A stretch of 64,000 nucleotides of DNA from Candidatus Acidiferrales bacterium (GTDB lineage Bacteria; Acidobacteriota; Terriglobia; Acidiferrales; UBA7541). This document shows positions 37,343-47,117 of this stretch, in pieces (within the stretch, counting starts at the first letter, position 1; every line of letters starts with the position of its first letter). The position numbers and the translations under genes were made by a program. The notes beneath the pieces are model-generated. The model was not told where the DNA came from and made no database searches. It saw only the letters and a program-made list of their open reading frames with translations. The stretch lies in contig DASZCH010000129.1 of NCBI GenBank assembly GCA_035943235.1, positions 13,229 to 77,228 on the forward strand, given 5' to 3'.

Positions 37343-40300
37343 ATGACTAAGTGTGTCAACTCAGTGTGTATCGCCTCGTTGGCTCTCACCTGCTTGCTTT
37401 TTGGCGGGGCTTCGCTCGCCGCGCGGACCGTGCCGCCCAATTTTTACGACAGCATGCAGTGGCGCCTCATCGGCCCCTTTCGAGGCGGTCGCGTGGAAGC
37501 GGTGACGGGGATCCCTGGCAATCCGCTCGTCTACTATTTTGGTTCAGTTGCCGGCGGCGTGTGGAAAACGGTGGACGGAGGCCACACGTGGCTGCCGCTG
37601 TTCCAAAAAGAGCCCGTTTCCTCGATTGGCGCCTTAGCTATTGATCCTTCCGATCCGGAGGTAATTTACGTCGGCACCGGAGAGGCCTGCCCTCGTGGCG
37701 ATATGTCCTTCGGCGATGGTGTTTACAAATCTTCGGATGGCGGAAAGACCTGGTCAAACTTGGGCCTGCACGATACACGGCACATTGCCAAGATCATCGT
37801 GGATCCGCGAAACCCGGAGATAATCTATGTCGCTGCGCTCGGCTCAGTGTATGGGCCAAGCGAAGACCGCGGAGTGTTTCGTTCCAATGACGGAGGAAAA
37901 ACCTGGCAAAAAGTGCTTTTCCACGATGCCAGCACGGGGGCCATTGATCTGGCGATGGACCCACACAATCGACATGTACTCTTTGCCGCCCTCTGGCAGG
38001 TTCGACGAAAACCCTGGGATTTTACCAGCGGCGGTCCAGGAAGCGGACTCTACCGCTCAACGGATGGAGGGGATCATTGGACAGAAATTAAAGGCCATGG
38101 TCTTCCTGTCGGCGTGCTCGGCCGGATCGGCGTCAGTGTGGGCGCTCAGTCGAATCGGATTTATGCCATCGTTGAGGCGAAAGATGGCGGCCTTTACCGT
38201 TCCGACGATGGGGGGACAAACTGGAATCGGGTGAACGGAAGCTGGGATTTGCGCGGCCGCCCCTGGTATTACTCCCATATTTTTGCCGATCCCAACCATG
38301 TTGATGAAGTCTATGTCTTTAGTTTCGGGGCGTATCGCTCAGTGGATGGGGGAAAGACGTTTGCTGCGCTTTACACGCCGCACGGAGATTACCACGCACT
38401 GTGGATTGATCCTCGGGACTCCCGGCGGCTGATTGTGGGAAATGATGGCGGTGCCACGATTTCGGTCGATGATGGGACGAGCTGGACTACAGAAGACAAC
38501 CAACCCACGGGCCAGTTCTACCGCGTAGCTACGGACAATCGATTCAACTACTCTCTTTACGGATCCCAGCAAGACCGGGGAACCGTTGCCATCACCACGA
38601 GGAGCGATGAGGCCCTTATTAGTCAGAACGACTGGTTTTCGGTTGGGGGAGGCGAGAGCGGATTTGTTCTGCCTTCGCCTCTCAACTCTGACGTTGTCTA
38701 TGCGGGAAGCCTGTATAGCACGTTCACACGCTTTGACCGAGGCGCCGCGCAATCGCGGGATATCTCACCTTGGCCTCTCAATGAACTGAATCTTCCCGCG
38801 AAAGATGCCCGCTATCGCTTCGGGTGGACTGCTCCGATGCTGATCTCCCCGCATGACCCGCACACCCTGTACATTGGGGCGCAGGTGCTATTCAAGACTC
38901 GGGATGAAGGCAAGACCTGGGATGTCATCAGCCCCGATCTGACGCGAAACGATAAATCGAAGCAGAATTCTGCTGGTGGCCCGATCACCCAGGACAACAC
39001 GACAGTCGAATACTTCGACATGATTTCCACACTCGCGGAGTCCCCGCTCCAATCGGGACTGATCTGGGTGGGAACGGACGATGGATGGATCCAGGTCACA
39101 CGAGATGCCGGTAAAAGCTGGGTAAACGTCACCCCGAAAGGAATGCCGGAATGGAGCCTCGTGAGTATGATCGAGCCGTCTCGCTTTTCTGTCGGTACGG
39201 CCTATGCCGTAGTCGATGACCATCAGCTCAATGACTTTAGGCCGCACGTTTATCGCACTGCCGATTTCGGCCGCACCTGGTTATCTATCACGGAAGGTTT
39301 ACCGGCCAATTCGTACGTGCATACCGTGCGCGAAGATCCAGCGCGGCGAGGCTTGCTTTACGCAGGAACCGAAACCGGAGTGTTTGTCTCTTTCGACGAT
39401 GGGAGTCACTGGCAATCTCTTCAACTGAACCTTCCGACGGTGCCGGTGTATGACGTCATGGTTCACGAAAATGATCTGGCCGTAGCCACGCATGGACGTG
39501 GTTTCTGGGTTCTCGACGACCTAACCCCCTTGCGGCAGGCCGCAGAAGCTTTGGCGAGCACCGGTTTTTATCTCTACCGACCCGAGCCCGCCTATCGCGT
39601 GCGCGGCAATAACTTCTATGCGACCGTCTCTTCGGGTTCGCCCAGCAGCCCTGTGGCGGGACAGAATCCTCCTGCTGGCGCCATACTCGACTACTATCTC
39701 ACGGCACAGCCTCAGACATCCGCCAAGCTTGAGATCGTTGACGATAAAGGAAGAATTGTCCGGGAGTTCGACCTGCATTCGGCTGCGGTCTCGGCAAGCG
39801 GAAAGCAAGTGCTCATCAGTGCAGGCGCTGTGACCCTCGCGGACGGCCAGGAGTATGGGACTGATCCCACAGTGCACCGCGGCCTCAACCGCTTCGTCTG
39901 GGATCTGCTATACCAAGGGAACGAGAGTAGCCCCAGGGGCATGAGAGTCCCCGAGCCGCTGGTAGTACCGGGGAATTACGCGGTGCAACTCACCGTCGAC
40001 GGCAAAACTCAGAAGCAGCCGCTCGTGGTGCGCGAGGATCCTCGGGTCCAGGTTTCTCTCGCAGATCTGCAGGCGCAATTTAACCTGCAGAGCAAGATTG
40101 CCGATCGTTTGCAAGAGGCCGCAGTCGCTGTTGCTGAAATGAAGCAGGTGCGTGGTGAGCTTCTGGCTCTCGGCAAGCGAATGGATGCATTGGGAAGTCC
40201 AGAGAAACTTACGAAAGCCCTCGACAGCGTAGAGAGCAAAACTGAAGATGCGCAAAGATCCATCACAGGCTGGAAGGCGGCGGGCGATGGTTATGCGTTG

Positions 40301-40537
40301 AACTATCCGCCGGCATTAGATGACCAGATCAATTGGCTGTTCATGTTTGCTGGAGCAGGCGATGGAGCACCCGGGCAGCCATTTCTCGATTTGTACGACC
40401 AGCTAAGTCGCGAACTGGCAGCTGACCTGCGCCGCTGGCATGAAATCAAGGCTGCCGATCTTGTTCAGCTCAACGAGTTAATTCGAGAGAACAAGATACC
40501 TGCGATCGGCGCCTTCACTCCTCCACCGAGCCATTAA
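37343..40537 (+). CDS. Exported BNR/Asp-box repeat (sortilin/VPS10-like) beta-propeller protein
   Basis: GAAGGAG RBS. Signal peptide MTKCVNSVCIASLALTCLLFGGASLAA. Asp-boxes TVDGGHTW, SSDGGKTW, SNDGGKTW, STDGGDHW, SDDGGTNW and others. The ORF-track start at 36896 lies inside the upstream gene and was rejected. Confidence 0.85.
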   Translation: MTKCVNSVCIASLALTCLLFGGASLAARTVPPNFYDSMQWRLIGPFRGGRVEAVTGIPGNPLVYYFGSVAGGVWKTVDGGHTWLPLFQKEPVSSIGALAIDPSDPEVIYVGTGEACPRGDMSFGDGVYKSSDGGKTWSNLGLHDTRHIAKIIVDPRNPEIIYVAALGSVYGPSEDRGVFRSNDGGKTWQKVLFHDASTGAIDLAMDPHNRHVLFAALWQVRRKPWDFTSGGPGSGLYRSTDGGDHWTEIKGHGLPVGVLGRIGVSVGAQSNRIYAIVEAKDGGLYRSDDGGTNWNRVNGSWDLRGRPWYYSHIFADPNHVDEVYVFSFGAYRSVDGGKTFAALYTPHGDYHALWIDPRDSRRLIVGNDGGATISVDDGTSWTTEDNQPTGQFYRVATDNRFNYSLYGSQQDRGTVAITTRSDEALISQNDWFSVGGGESGFVLPSPLNSDVVYAGSLYSTFTRFDRGAAQSRDISPWPLNELNLPAKDARYRFGWTAPMLISPHDPHTLYIGAQVLFKTRDEGKTWDVISPDLTRNDKSKQNSAGGPITQDNTTVEYFDMISTLAESPLQSGLIWVGTDDGWIQVTRDAGKSWVNVTPKGMPEWSLVSMIEPSRFSVGTAYAVVDDHQLNDFRPHVYRTADFGRTWLSITEGLPANSYVHTVREDPARRGLLYAGTETGVFVSFDDGSHWQSLQLNLPTVPVYDVMVHENDLAVATHGRGFWVLDDLTPLRQAAEALASTGFYLYRPEPAYRVRGNNFYATVSSGSPSSPVAGQNPPAGAILDYYLTAQPQTSAKLEIVDDKGRIVREFDLHSAAVSASGKQVLISAGAVTLADGQEYGTDPTVHRGLNRFVWDLLYQGNESSPRGMRVPEPLVVPGNYAVQLTVDGKTQKQPLVVREDPRVQVSLADLQAQFNLQSKIADRLQEAAVAVAEMKQVRGELLALGKRMDALGSPEKLTKALDSVESKTEDAQRSITGWKAAGDGYALNYPPALDDQINWLFMFAGAGDGAPGQPFLDLYDQLSRELAADLRRWHEIKAADLVQLNELIRENKIPAIGAFTPPPSH

Positions 40538-40547
40538 CCCGAGCAGC

Positions 40548-41876
40548 TTAGTACGCGAATGGATTATCCGGGAAGGTCAAAACGGGGCGATGCCCTCCGG
40601 CGAGCGCATCGCTGAAATGCAGGAGCCACATACCGATCCCGGAAGCTCCTTGCATATACCCGGTTTGCGCAACCGCAATATCCGGGCGGACCCGGGTTTC
40701 CACCTGCACCCAGCGGTACCGTTTGCCGTCCTCCTCAGCCAGTGCGAGGAGTTGTTCGCCGCCCTTCTTGGCCGCCCTGAACCATCTGCGATCATGAGTG
40801 ACCAGAAAAGCATCGTAGAGAAACTCCGATTCGGCCGCAATCCCGCAGCACATGCTAACGTTATGCCAAACACCTGGAGTGACCGCCTTTGCCGGGCCTC
40901 CGTTGGCTACGACGGCTTCCGCACATTTCTCCACGAGATCCCGCCATTGCCGATCACCAGTCGCCTGGTAGAGTCTATAGAATAGCCGTGCTGTTCCGGC
41001 CGGTCCGTGACACCAGCCCAAGTAAAAAAGATCTTGGTGCTCGCTATCGTGGTAGATCATGCAGTAGCGGTCATTCAGGTCGGCGATGGACAGTAAGTAC
41101 TTCGCGCCAGCAAGCGCCGCATCGAGGAACTTCTTTTGGCCTGTGGCCTGGTACAGCGTAGCTAAGAAATAAGAAACACCGGCCGTGCCGTGCGAGAAAT
41201 TGGGCATCTCCCGAGGATAGCTCGGATCCATCATCCACATCAGGCCGTCTTGTTTTCGCTGAGCGGTCGCGATCAAGAAATCACCGGCGCGCGCCGCGAG
41301 CTGTTTTGCTCCCGGAGCCTGGAGGTGGTCGGCGGCCCAAAGCAGGAAGAGGCCGGTGCCGCTCGAACCCGCGATGATGTCAGTGACATCGTTCCATTTG
41401 GCCCCTGTGGGTGTCATTTGCGCGCGTTTTTCCAGCCAGCGCACGCAAAGGAGAGCGCCGTCGCGATAACGGGTGTCATGCGTAATCAGGTACGCTTCCC
41501 CGAGCGTGAAGCCAGAACCGGCGAGGCCTTCATACAATCCGGTCCCATCTTTCTCGGAAATCGATACAAGAAGAGCGTCAGCTCCCTTCTCGCCCTTTTC
41601 CAGGAAATCCAGGTCCTGCGTGTAGCGATAGGCTTCAAGAAAAAACAGAATTGGACCTGGAGTGCCAGCATACAGCGTAGTGTTAACACTCTCCGGATTT
41701 CGAGGGTCCGCAGGCCAGACGATCCCATTCCCCCTGTTCGAGCCGTTTTCCTCGATCCAGTGCGCCGCCCCAATGGCTGCTCGCTGGTACGCGTCTCGGG
41801 TTCGTCCTCGCGCCCCCCAGGAAATGGAAAGCGCGGCGCAAGCCGCCACTGCTGCAATTCTCAAATGCTTGCTCAT
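40548..41876 (-). CDS. Exported LanC-like (lanthionine synthetase C-like fold) protein, paralog 1
   Basis: N-terminal signal-like segment MSKHLRIAAVAACAALSISWG. LanC-type G-rich repeat motifs GLAGSG, GSSGTG, NFSHGTAG, GWCHGPAG, MCCGIAAE and GASGIG. Confidence 0.7.
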   Translation of the reverse strand: MSKHLRIAAVAACAALSISWGARGRTRDAYQRAAIGAAHWIEENGSNRGNGIVWPADPRNPESVNTTLYAGTPGPILFFLEAYRYTQDLDFLEKGEKGADALLVSISEKDGTGLYEGLAGSGFTLGEAYLITHDTRYRDGALLCVRWLEKRAQMTPTGAKWNDVTDIIAGSSGTGLFLLWAADHLQAPGAKQLAARAGDFLIATAQRKQDGLMWMMDPSYPREMPNFSHGTAGVSYFLATLYQATGQKKFLDAALAGAKYLLSIADLNDRYCMIYHDSEHQDLFYLGWCHGPAGTARLFYRLYQATGDRQWRDLVEKCAEAVVANGGPAKAVTPGVWHNVSMCCGIAAESEFLYDAFLVTHDRRWFRAAKKGGEQLLALAEEDGKRYRWVQVETRVRPDIAVAQTGYMQGASGIGMWLLHFSDALAGGHRPVLTFPDNPFAY

Positions 41877-41928
41877 GGAGTTCGCTCCTCGGCACGAACC
41901 GTTCGGACTTTCTGACCCCGCAGCGTTC

Positions 41929-43326
41929 TCAGTAAGGGAACGGGTTATCAGGAAATCGGATGACAGGCCGGTGTTGTCCGGCGAGCGCGGCGTTGAAATG
42001 CAGCAGCCACATCCCTATCCCCGAGGCCCCCTGCATATAGGACGTTTGCGCAATGGCATAGTCTGGCCGAACGAAAGTTTCGACCTGCACCCAGCGGTAT
42101 TCTCCATCACGCACATCGGCTCTCCGCAGTAAGTCTTCACTGCCTTCTTTGGCCGCCTGGAGCCATTTGCGATCATGCGCAACCAGATAAACATTGTAAA
42201 AAAACTCCGCCTCGCCGGCCGTGCCGTCGCAGATGCTGACGTTGCGCCATACGCCCGGATTCGGGATTTGCTTGGGCTGGCCTTGGCGCCAAACCGTGAG
42301 CGTCCTGGCCGATCCCGATGGTATGGTCGTAAAAGCCTTCTCTGGCCCACCAAAAATCCGTGTGGCTGCCGCGCACTTTTCCACTAATTCCAGCCACTTC
42401 GGCTGTTTTGTAATTTGATAAAGGCGGTAGAAGAGTGCGGCGGTTCCCGCCGGGCCGTGCGCCCAATCGAGATAAAAGAGATGCGTGTTGTGATTGTCAT
42501 GATAGACGAGGAAATACCGATCTGAGGAATTGGCGATCGCGATCAGGTGCCTGGCGCCTTTGCGCGCGGCGTCCAGAAACTCCTTGCGACCGGTGACCTG
42601 ATAAAGCGTAGCCAGAAAATACGCCACTCCAGCCGTGCCGTGACAGAAATTCGGCATCTCGAATGGATAGCTGTTGTCCATCATCCACTTGAGCCCGCCC
42701 CCGGGTTGCGGCTGGCCAAGCCGAATCAGATGTTCACCAACCCGCATGGCCAAGGCACGGGCCTCCACCGCCTGGAGGTGGTCGGCCGCCCAAAGTAGGA
42801 ATAGGCCTGTCCCGCTCGCTCCGCTAATGATATCCGTGACCTCATTCCACTTGCTTCCATCCGCAGTATTCGTCGCCTTCGCCTCAATCCAGTGCAGGCA
42901 CTGCAGCGCACCTTCCCGATACTTGGCATCGCGAGTGATCAAATAGGCCTCGCCCAAGGTGAAACCAGAACCTGCGAGACCAGTGTACAGACCTGTGTCG
43001 TCATTCTTGGAAATGGAGGCGAGGAGCGCATCGGCTCCCTTGCGCGCCTCTTCGAGGTCCGCGCGATTTCCCGTGTAACGGTAGGCCTCCAGGAAAAAGA
43101 GAATCGGGCCGGGAGTGCCGGCGAAGAGAGTTGTATTCATACTCTTGGGGTCTTCGGGATTGGCGGCCCAGACGATTCCCGAATTCTTGGCTGTGCCGTT
43201 CATGCGGAGCCACTGCGCCGCTCCGAGAGCCGCTTTTTCATAAGGGGAGTCCGCAGCTTGCGCGGGAAGAGTGGAAACCATCAGAACGATTAGGAAGACT
43301 GCGACGCCTTGGAGCAGATGTTTCAT
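41929..43326 (-). CDS. Exported LanC-like protein, paralog 2 (degenerate metal-ligand motifs)
   Basis: Signal peptide MKHLLQGVAVFLIVLMVSTLPAQA. Roughly two-thirds identical to paralog 1 by eye. Motifs NFCHGTAG, DWAHGPAG (Cys lost) and ICDGTAGE. Extra ~24-aa insertion TTIPSGSARTLTVWRQGQPKQIPN. Confidence 0.7.
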   Translation of the reverse strand: MKHLLQGVAVFLIVLMVSTLPAQAADSPYEKAALGAAQWLRMNGTAKNSGIVWAANPEDPKSMNTTLFAGTPGPILFFLEAYRYTGNRADLEEARKGADALLASISKNDDTGLYTGLAGSGFTLGEAYLITRDAKYREGALQCLHWIEAKATNTADGSKWNEVTDIISGASGTGLFLLWAADHLQAVEARALAMRVGEHLIRLGQPQPGGGLKWMMDNSYPFEMPNFCHGTAGVAYFLATLYQVTGRKEFLDAARKGARHLIAIANSSDRYFLVYHDNHNTHLFYLDWAHGPAGTAALFYRLYQITKQPKWLELVEKCAAATRIFGGPEKAFTTIPSGSARTLTVWRQGQPKQIPNPGVWRNVSICDGTAGEAEFFYNVYLVAHDRKWLQAAKEGSEDLLRRADVRDGEYRWVQVETFVRPDYAIAQTSYMQGASGIGMWLLHFNAALAGQHRPVIRFPDNPFPY

Positions 43327-43350
43327 TAATCCACCTCCGCTGCACTGCTG

Positions 43351-45516
43351 CTATTTGTGAAAAACCAGCCGGCCGTTCTTGACGACGGCGACGATGTTTC
43401 TCAAGCTCTTGATGGACGCAAGCGGGTCGCCGTGAACGACGATGATATCGGCGCGACGGCCCACTTGGATTGTGCCGAAATCATCTCCTCTGCCCAGCCA
43501 AGAGGCCCCACTCCCAGTCGCCGCTCGGATGATCTGCTCACGAGGAATACCGGCCTGCTCGTAGGCCTCCAGTTCATCAAAGAGGCTGCCGTCGTCGGTG
43601 CCTGCTAAGAGAGGTACTCCCGCGGCCACAGCATTGTGCACGAACTGCGACATCCGTCCGTAGCTCTGCTCCCAAGTGGCAACTTCCTCGAGACTGAGTT
43701 CTTTACGCAGGGAAGGAGCGGGAGACTGGATCGACAAGGTCGGGTCAAAGCCAATTTTCGCCCGCGACATGCTGGCAATCAATTCCTGGGCGCGAGCGCC
43801 GTTGGGATCGATGTTTCGCCAGTCCGCTTGCATTCGCGCGACGAGGTGCCATGCAGCATCGAGAGTGCGGTCAGCTCCTTGCGGCTGGGCGCTCGCGGGA
43901 AGAAATTCCGGCCATACGCGGATGTGGTTGAGACCGTCGATTCCGGCGCCGATGGCTTCGGTCCAGCTCGTCCTCACTCCGATGTGTCCGGTGACCCGCA
44001 GGTGGTCTCGATGCGCAGCCTCGATCACGGCCCTGAGGACTTCCGGCTTCAGCAGAAAGTAAACCTTCAACAGATCCACACCCTGAGCCTTGAGCGAGTC
44101 AACCAGGGGCTTGGCTTGTTCTGCCTGGTTGATCTGGACCGCAACCATCGGATGGTAGGTTCCGAATCCATCAATCAATGGCCCAGCGGTGTAGATGTCC
44201 GGACCCGGCTCGAGACCCAGCGCGATGGCTTCCTTGAAGTTTAAGCTATCCGCCAGATCCGCTCCCGGATCTCGAATGCAAGTAATGCCCCGGGAAAGCA
44301 AGCGGGAGCCGCCAAAAGCGTCCCAGAAATGGTAGTGGTTATCCATCAGGCCGGGAAGAACTGAATCACCTTGCGCATCGAAAACCGGAATGCCGGCAAT
44401 ATCACCGGGGCGGAACGCCCCATGCTGAATCTTGACAATGCGCCCTCCACGAATGAGGACGCTCGCATCAGCAATCGGCGGACGGCCTGTACCATCGATC
44501 AAATGGGCATGGATGACCAGGAGATCGGAGGGCCATTGCGGTGGAACTTGGAACGCCACGTGAAAAGGAATCGGCGCGAGCGCTCCGCTAGAAATATCCA
44601 GGCGGTAGAGTTTGCGGGCTGCGCAAACGATCAGGCTGTTCGCGTCTGGTCCGAACGTGATTTGTTCATCCTGATATGCGCTGCGGAAGACCACTCGAGG
44701 TTTTCCGCCGCCCTCCGCCTGGTCGACACGGATCTCGTCTGCCCCGTTGCCGGTCTCCACGTACGCGACTCGCACTCCATCTCGGCTCCATGCAACGCTC
44801 GTATCGTCGAAGGGAGTGTTTGTAAGGCGGACCGCCCGCGTCTTCTCGACGTCCATCATGTAGAGATTTGCGCCGCCATAAAGCCCCGAGGTCAGAAGCA
44901 GGCGCTTCCCCGAAGGCGACGGCGCAAAAGACCACTCGTGCCACCCGCGAGTCTCGGTAATCTCTTCCGGTGCGCCTCCGCTGGTGGGGATCTTCCAAAT
45001 ATGGGCATCGCCTTGACCATGGCGCACCGTGAAGAAAATGTCGCCCCCCGCAGGGTCATAGGCGATTTGGCCGATCACTCCATCAGTTTCATAAACGACG
45101 GCCCAAGTCCCGACTGGGATATCGTAGACCACCAGATAACTGTGATAGTCCACCTCATGCGAAAACGCCAGAAATGCGCCATCGGGCGACCAAGCAGGGA
45201 AGCGGTCCCACCCGATACCTGATGAAATTAGTTGTCCCGTACCGCCGGCAGCAGGCAAGAGACAGATCCTACCCAGCACGCTGACGGCAATCCGGGTTCC
45301 GTCGGGGGACATGGCCGGGTCTCTCGCGCCATGGTCGACGACCACCGATCCTGGTCCGGCCCAAAGCGGTGGGGCAAAAAAAGCCACAGAGATCACCGAG
45401 AGAACAATCCCGAGAAATCCAGACAGACCGACCGGAAGAAAGCGCAGCCACAAACTCCCGGAATTATCAGAGCCGACGATAGAGCTTGAGCGGGAGCTGC
45501 AGAATTTGGATCTCAC
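43351..45516 (-). CDS. Membrane-anchored/exported TolB-like PD40 beta-propeller fused to a metal-dependent amidohydrolase
   Basis: N-terminal TM segment. PD40 repeats (MSPDGTRIAVS, WSPDGAFLAFS, PSPSGKRLLLTS, WSRDGVRVAYV). Amidohydrolase motifs VLPGLMDNHYHFWD, ..VTGHIG and ..LAGTDDG. Confidence 0.8.
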   Translation of the reverse strand: MRSKFCSSRSSSIVGSDNSGSLWLRFLPVGLSGFLGIVLSVISVAFFAPPLWAGPGSVVVDHGARDPAMSPDGTRIAVSVLGRICLLPAAGGTGQLISSGIGWDRFPAWSPDGAFLAFSHEVDYHSYLVVYDIPVGTWAVVYETDGVIGQIAYDPAGGDIFFTVRHGQGDAHIWKIPTSGGAPEEITETRGWHEWSFAPSPSGKRLLLTSGLYGGANLYMMDVEKTRAVRLTNTPFDDTSVAWSRDGVRVAYVETGNGADEIRVDQAEGGGKPRVVFRSAYQDEQITFGPDANSLIVCAARKLYRLDISSGALAPIPFHVAFQVPPQWPSDLLVIHAHLIDGTGRPPIADASVLIRGGRIVKIQHGAFRPGDIAGIPVFDAQGDSVLPGLMDNHYHFWDAFGGSRLLSRGITCIRDPGADLADSLNFKEAIALGLEPGPDIYTAGPLIDGFGTYHPMVAVQINQAEQAKPLVDSLKAQGVDLLKVYFLLKPEVLRAVIEAAHRDHLRVTGHIGVRTSWTEAIGAGIDGLNHIRVWPEFLPASAQPQGADRTLDAAWHLVARMQADWRNIDPNGARAQELIASMSRAKIGFDPTLSIQSPAPSLRKELSLEEVATWEQSYGRMSQFVHNAVAAGVPLLAGTDDGSLFDELEAYEQAGIPREQIIRAATGSGASWLGRGDDFGTIQVGRRADIIVVHGDPLASIKSLRNIVAVVKNGRLVFHK

Positions 45517-45519
45517 GAC

Positions 45520-45936
45520 CTAGCCTCGGACGACCTGGATGGTGACAGAAACTTCCGCTGTGGGTCGCAGCGACGCAGCCACGCTGCAGTACTTGGCATT
45601 CGAGAGCTCGACTGCTTGCCTCACGGCATCTTCAGAGAGATTTGGGCCTTTCAGGACATGATGGACTCGGATAGTTTCATAAAAGCGAGGAGCTTCCTGA
45701 CGGCGCTCACCTTGAACCTCAATCCGATAGTCGGTTACGTGCTCGCGCTTCTTAGCGAGAATATCGACAACGTCCGAACCCATGCATCCTCCGATCGCGA
45801 GCAGCAGCAACTCGATCGGCGTTGGCGCCGAACTTCTTTCGCTGTTGGTCTCCATAACCAGGGCCTGCCCGCCCGGACCGATCCCCACAAAGAAACCGTT
45901 GCCGCCGTAGTGCACGGTAGCGTTGATCTCTGCCAT
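45520..45936 (-). CDS. OsmC/Ohr-family peroxiredoxin-like protein
   Basis: 138 aa. Sequence ELLLLAIGGCMGSDVV and ...AKYCSVAASL (two conserved Cys). Its stop is 3 nt from the next start. Confidence 0.85.
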   Translation of the reverse strand: MAEINATVHYGGNGFFVGIGPGGQALVMETNSERSSAPTPIELLLLAIGGCMGSDVVDILAKKREHVTDYRIEVQGERRQEAPRFYETIRVHHVLKGPNLSEDAVRQAVELSNAKYCSVAASLRPTAEVSVTIQVVRG

Positions 45937-46097
45937 TCTGCTCTCCTTACCTGATGTTAGGGTTGATGGACGACGTGACGAGCGTATAATGTGGGTTCCT
46001 ACACTAGCTGTCCAATGAATTTGATAGATGAAACCTATGCTTCTTAGGAAACGGTTCGGGCGCGCATCGTAATAGCGGGTGAATCCTCAAGGAGGTT

Positions 46098-47117
46098 TTG
46101 ATGGAGTTGCGCCAGATCGAAATTTTTAAAATGCTTGCCGAGGAACTGAACTTCACGCGAGCCGGCAGAAGGATCCACTGCGTGCAGTCCAACGTGAGTG
46201 TGCAGATACGCTCTCTTGAGAAAGAATTCGGAGTCCAGTTATTTGAGAGATTAGGTCAGAAGGTGCGTCTGACAGCTCAGGGGCAAACGTTCCTACCATA
46301 TGCAGAACGCATTTTACGGTTGATACAGGAAGCCGCCGCAGTCACCAGAGGTGGTGAGAATCCGGCAGGAACTTTGATCATCGGCATGCCGGAATCCGTG
46401 CTCACCTATCGTCTGCCGCCCGTACTTCAAGTCTTTCGGGGGAACTGGCCGCACGTCGAACTGGTCTTTCGCGGAATCAGCTCCCTTGAGCTCATTCCCT
46501 GCTTGGAGCGCGGTGACCTGGATCTCGGGCTGGTCATCGATGATGCGATCCGGATCCCGGGAATTCATGCAGAGGTCTTGTGCAACGAGCCGTTAGTGCT
46601 AACTGTGCAGCCTGGACATCCGCTTTTGCGCGCGCCGATTGTTCAACCCGAGGATCTCGGATCCTATACTTTTCTGCTTACGGACCAGGGTTGCGCTTAT
46701 CGCTCTAAACTTGAGACGGCGCTGGCGCGCGTGCACGTTCGGCCAAGGACGGTCATGGAATTTACAAGCGTTGAAGCGATTAAGCAATGCGCTGCTCTGG
46801 GGATGGGAATCGCCTGTCTGCCCAAGATTGTTGTGGAGCGTGAGCTCGCTAGTAACAAACTGGTTGTTCTTCCAGCAGCGAGTTTCGAACTGACGATGAA
46901 TACGTTGGCGGTCTGGCATCGGGACAAATGGATCTCCCCAGCGATGAAGGCCTTCCTTTCGCTGATCCGGTTGCACCTGGGCAGTGCATCTATTTCTAAT
47001 GTCCCAACAAAAAGTCCGGCGACGGTCATTGACGGACGGAAGCCTGCAGCCGGTGCCGTGGGAAAGAGCTGTGAAGCCCGGATGACTTCTGGGAGACACC
47101 GCGGAGTCGCACCGTAG
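46098..47117 (+). CDS. LysR-family transcriptional regulator (divergent from the osmC operon), with an atypical ~40-aa C-terminal tail
   Basis: Sequence LRQIEIFKMLAEELNFTRAGRRIHCVQSNVSVQIRSLEKEFGVQLFER. The tail SASISNVPTKSPATVIDGRKPAAGAVGKSCEARMTSGRHRGVAP does not resemble LysR family sequence. Confidence 0.85.
   Translation: MMELRQIEIFKMLAEELNFTRAGRRIHCVQSNVSVQIRSLEKEFGVQLFERLGQKVRLTAQGQTFLPYAERILRLIQEAAAVTRGGENPAGTLIIGMPESVLTYRLPPVLQVFRGNWPHVELVFRGISSLELIPCLERGDLDLGLVIDDAIRIPGIHAEVLCNEPLVLTVQPGHPLLRAPIVQPEDLGSYTFLLTDQGCAYRSKLETALARVHVRPRTVMEFTSVEAIKQCAALGMGIACLPKIVVERELASNKLVVLPAASFELTMNTLAVWHRDKWISPAMKAFLSLIRLHLGSASISNVPTKSPATVIDGRKPAAGAVGKSCEARMTSGRHRGVAP

Noticed and set aside
40548-43326. 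The LanC-like genes as part of a lanthipeptide biosynthetic gene cluster.
   Set aside because: No precursor peptide, LanB/LanM/LanKC dehydratase, LanT/LanP or immunity genes are nearby. Both proteins carry export signals, and their Zn-ligand motifs are non-canonical.
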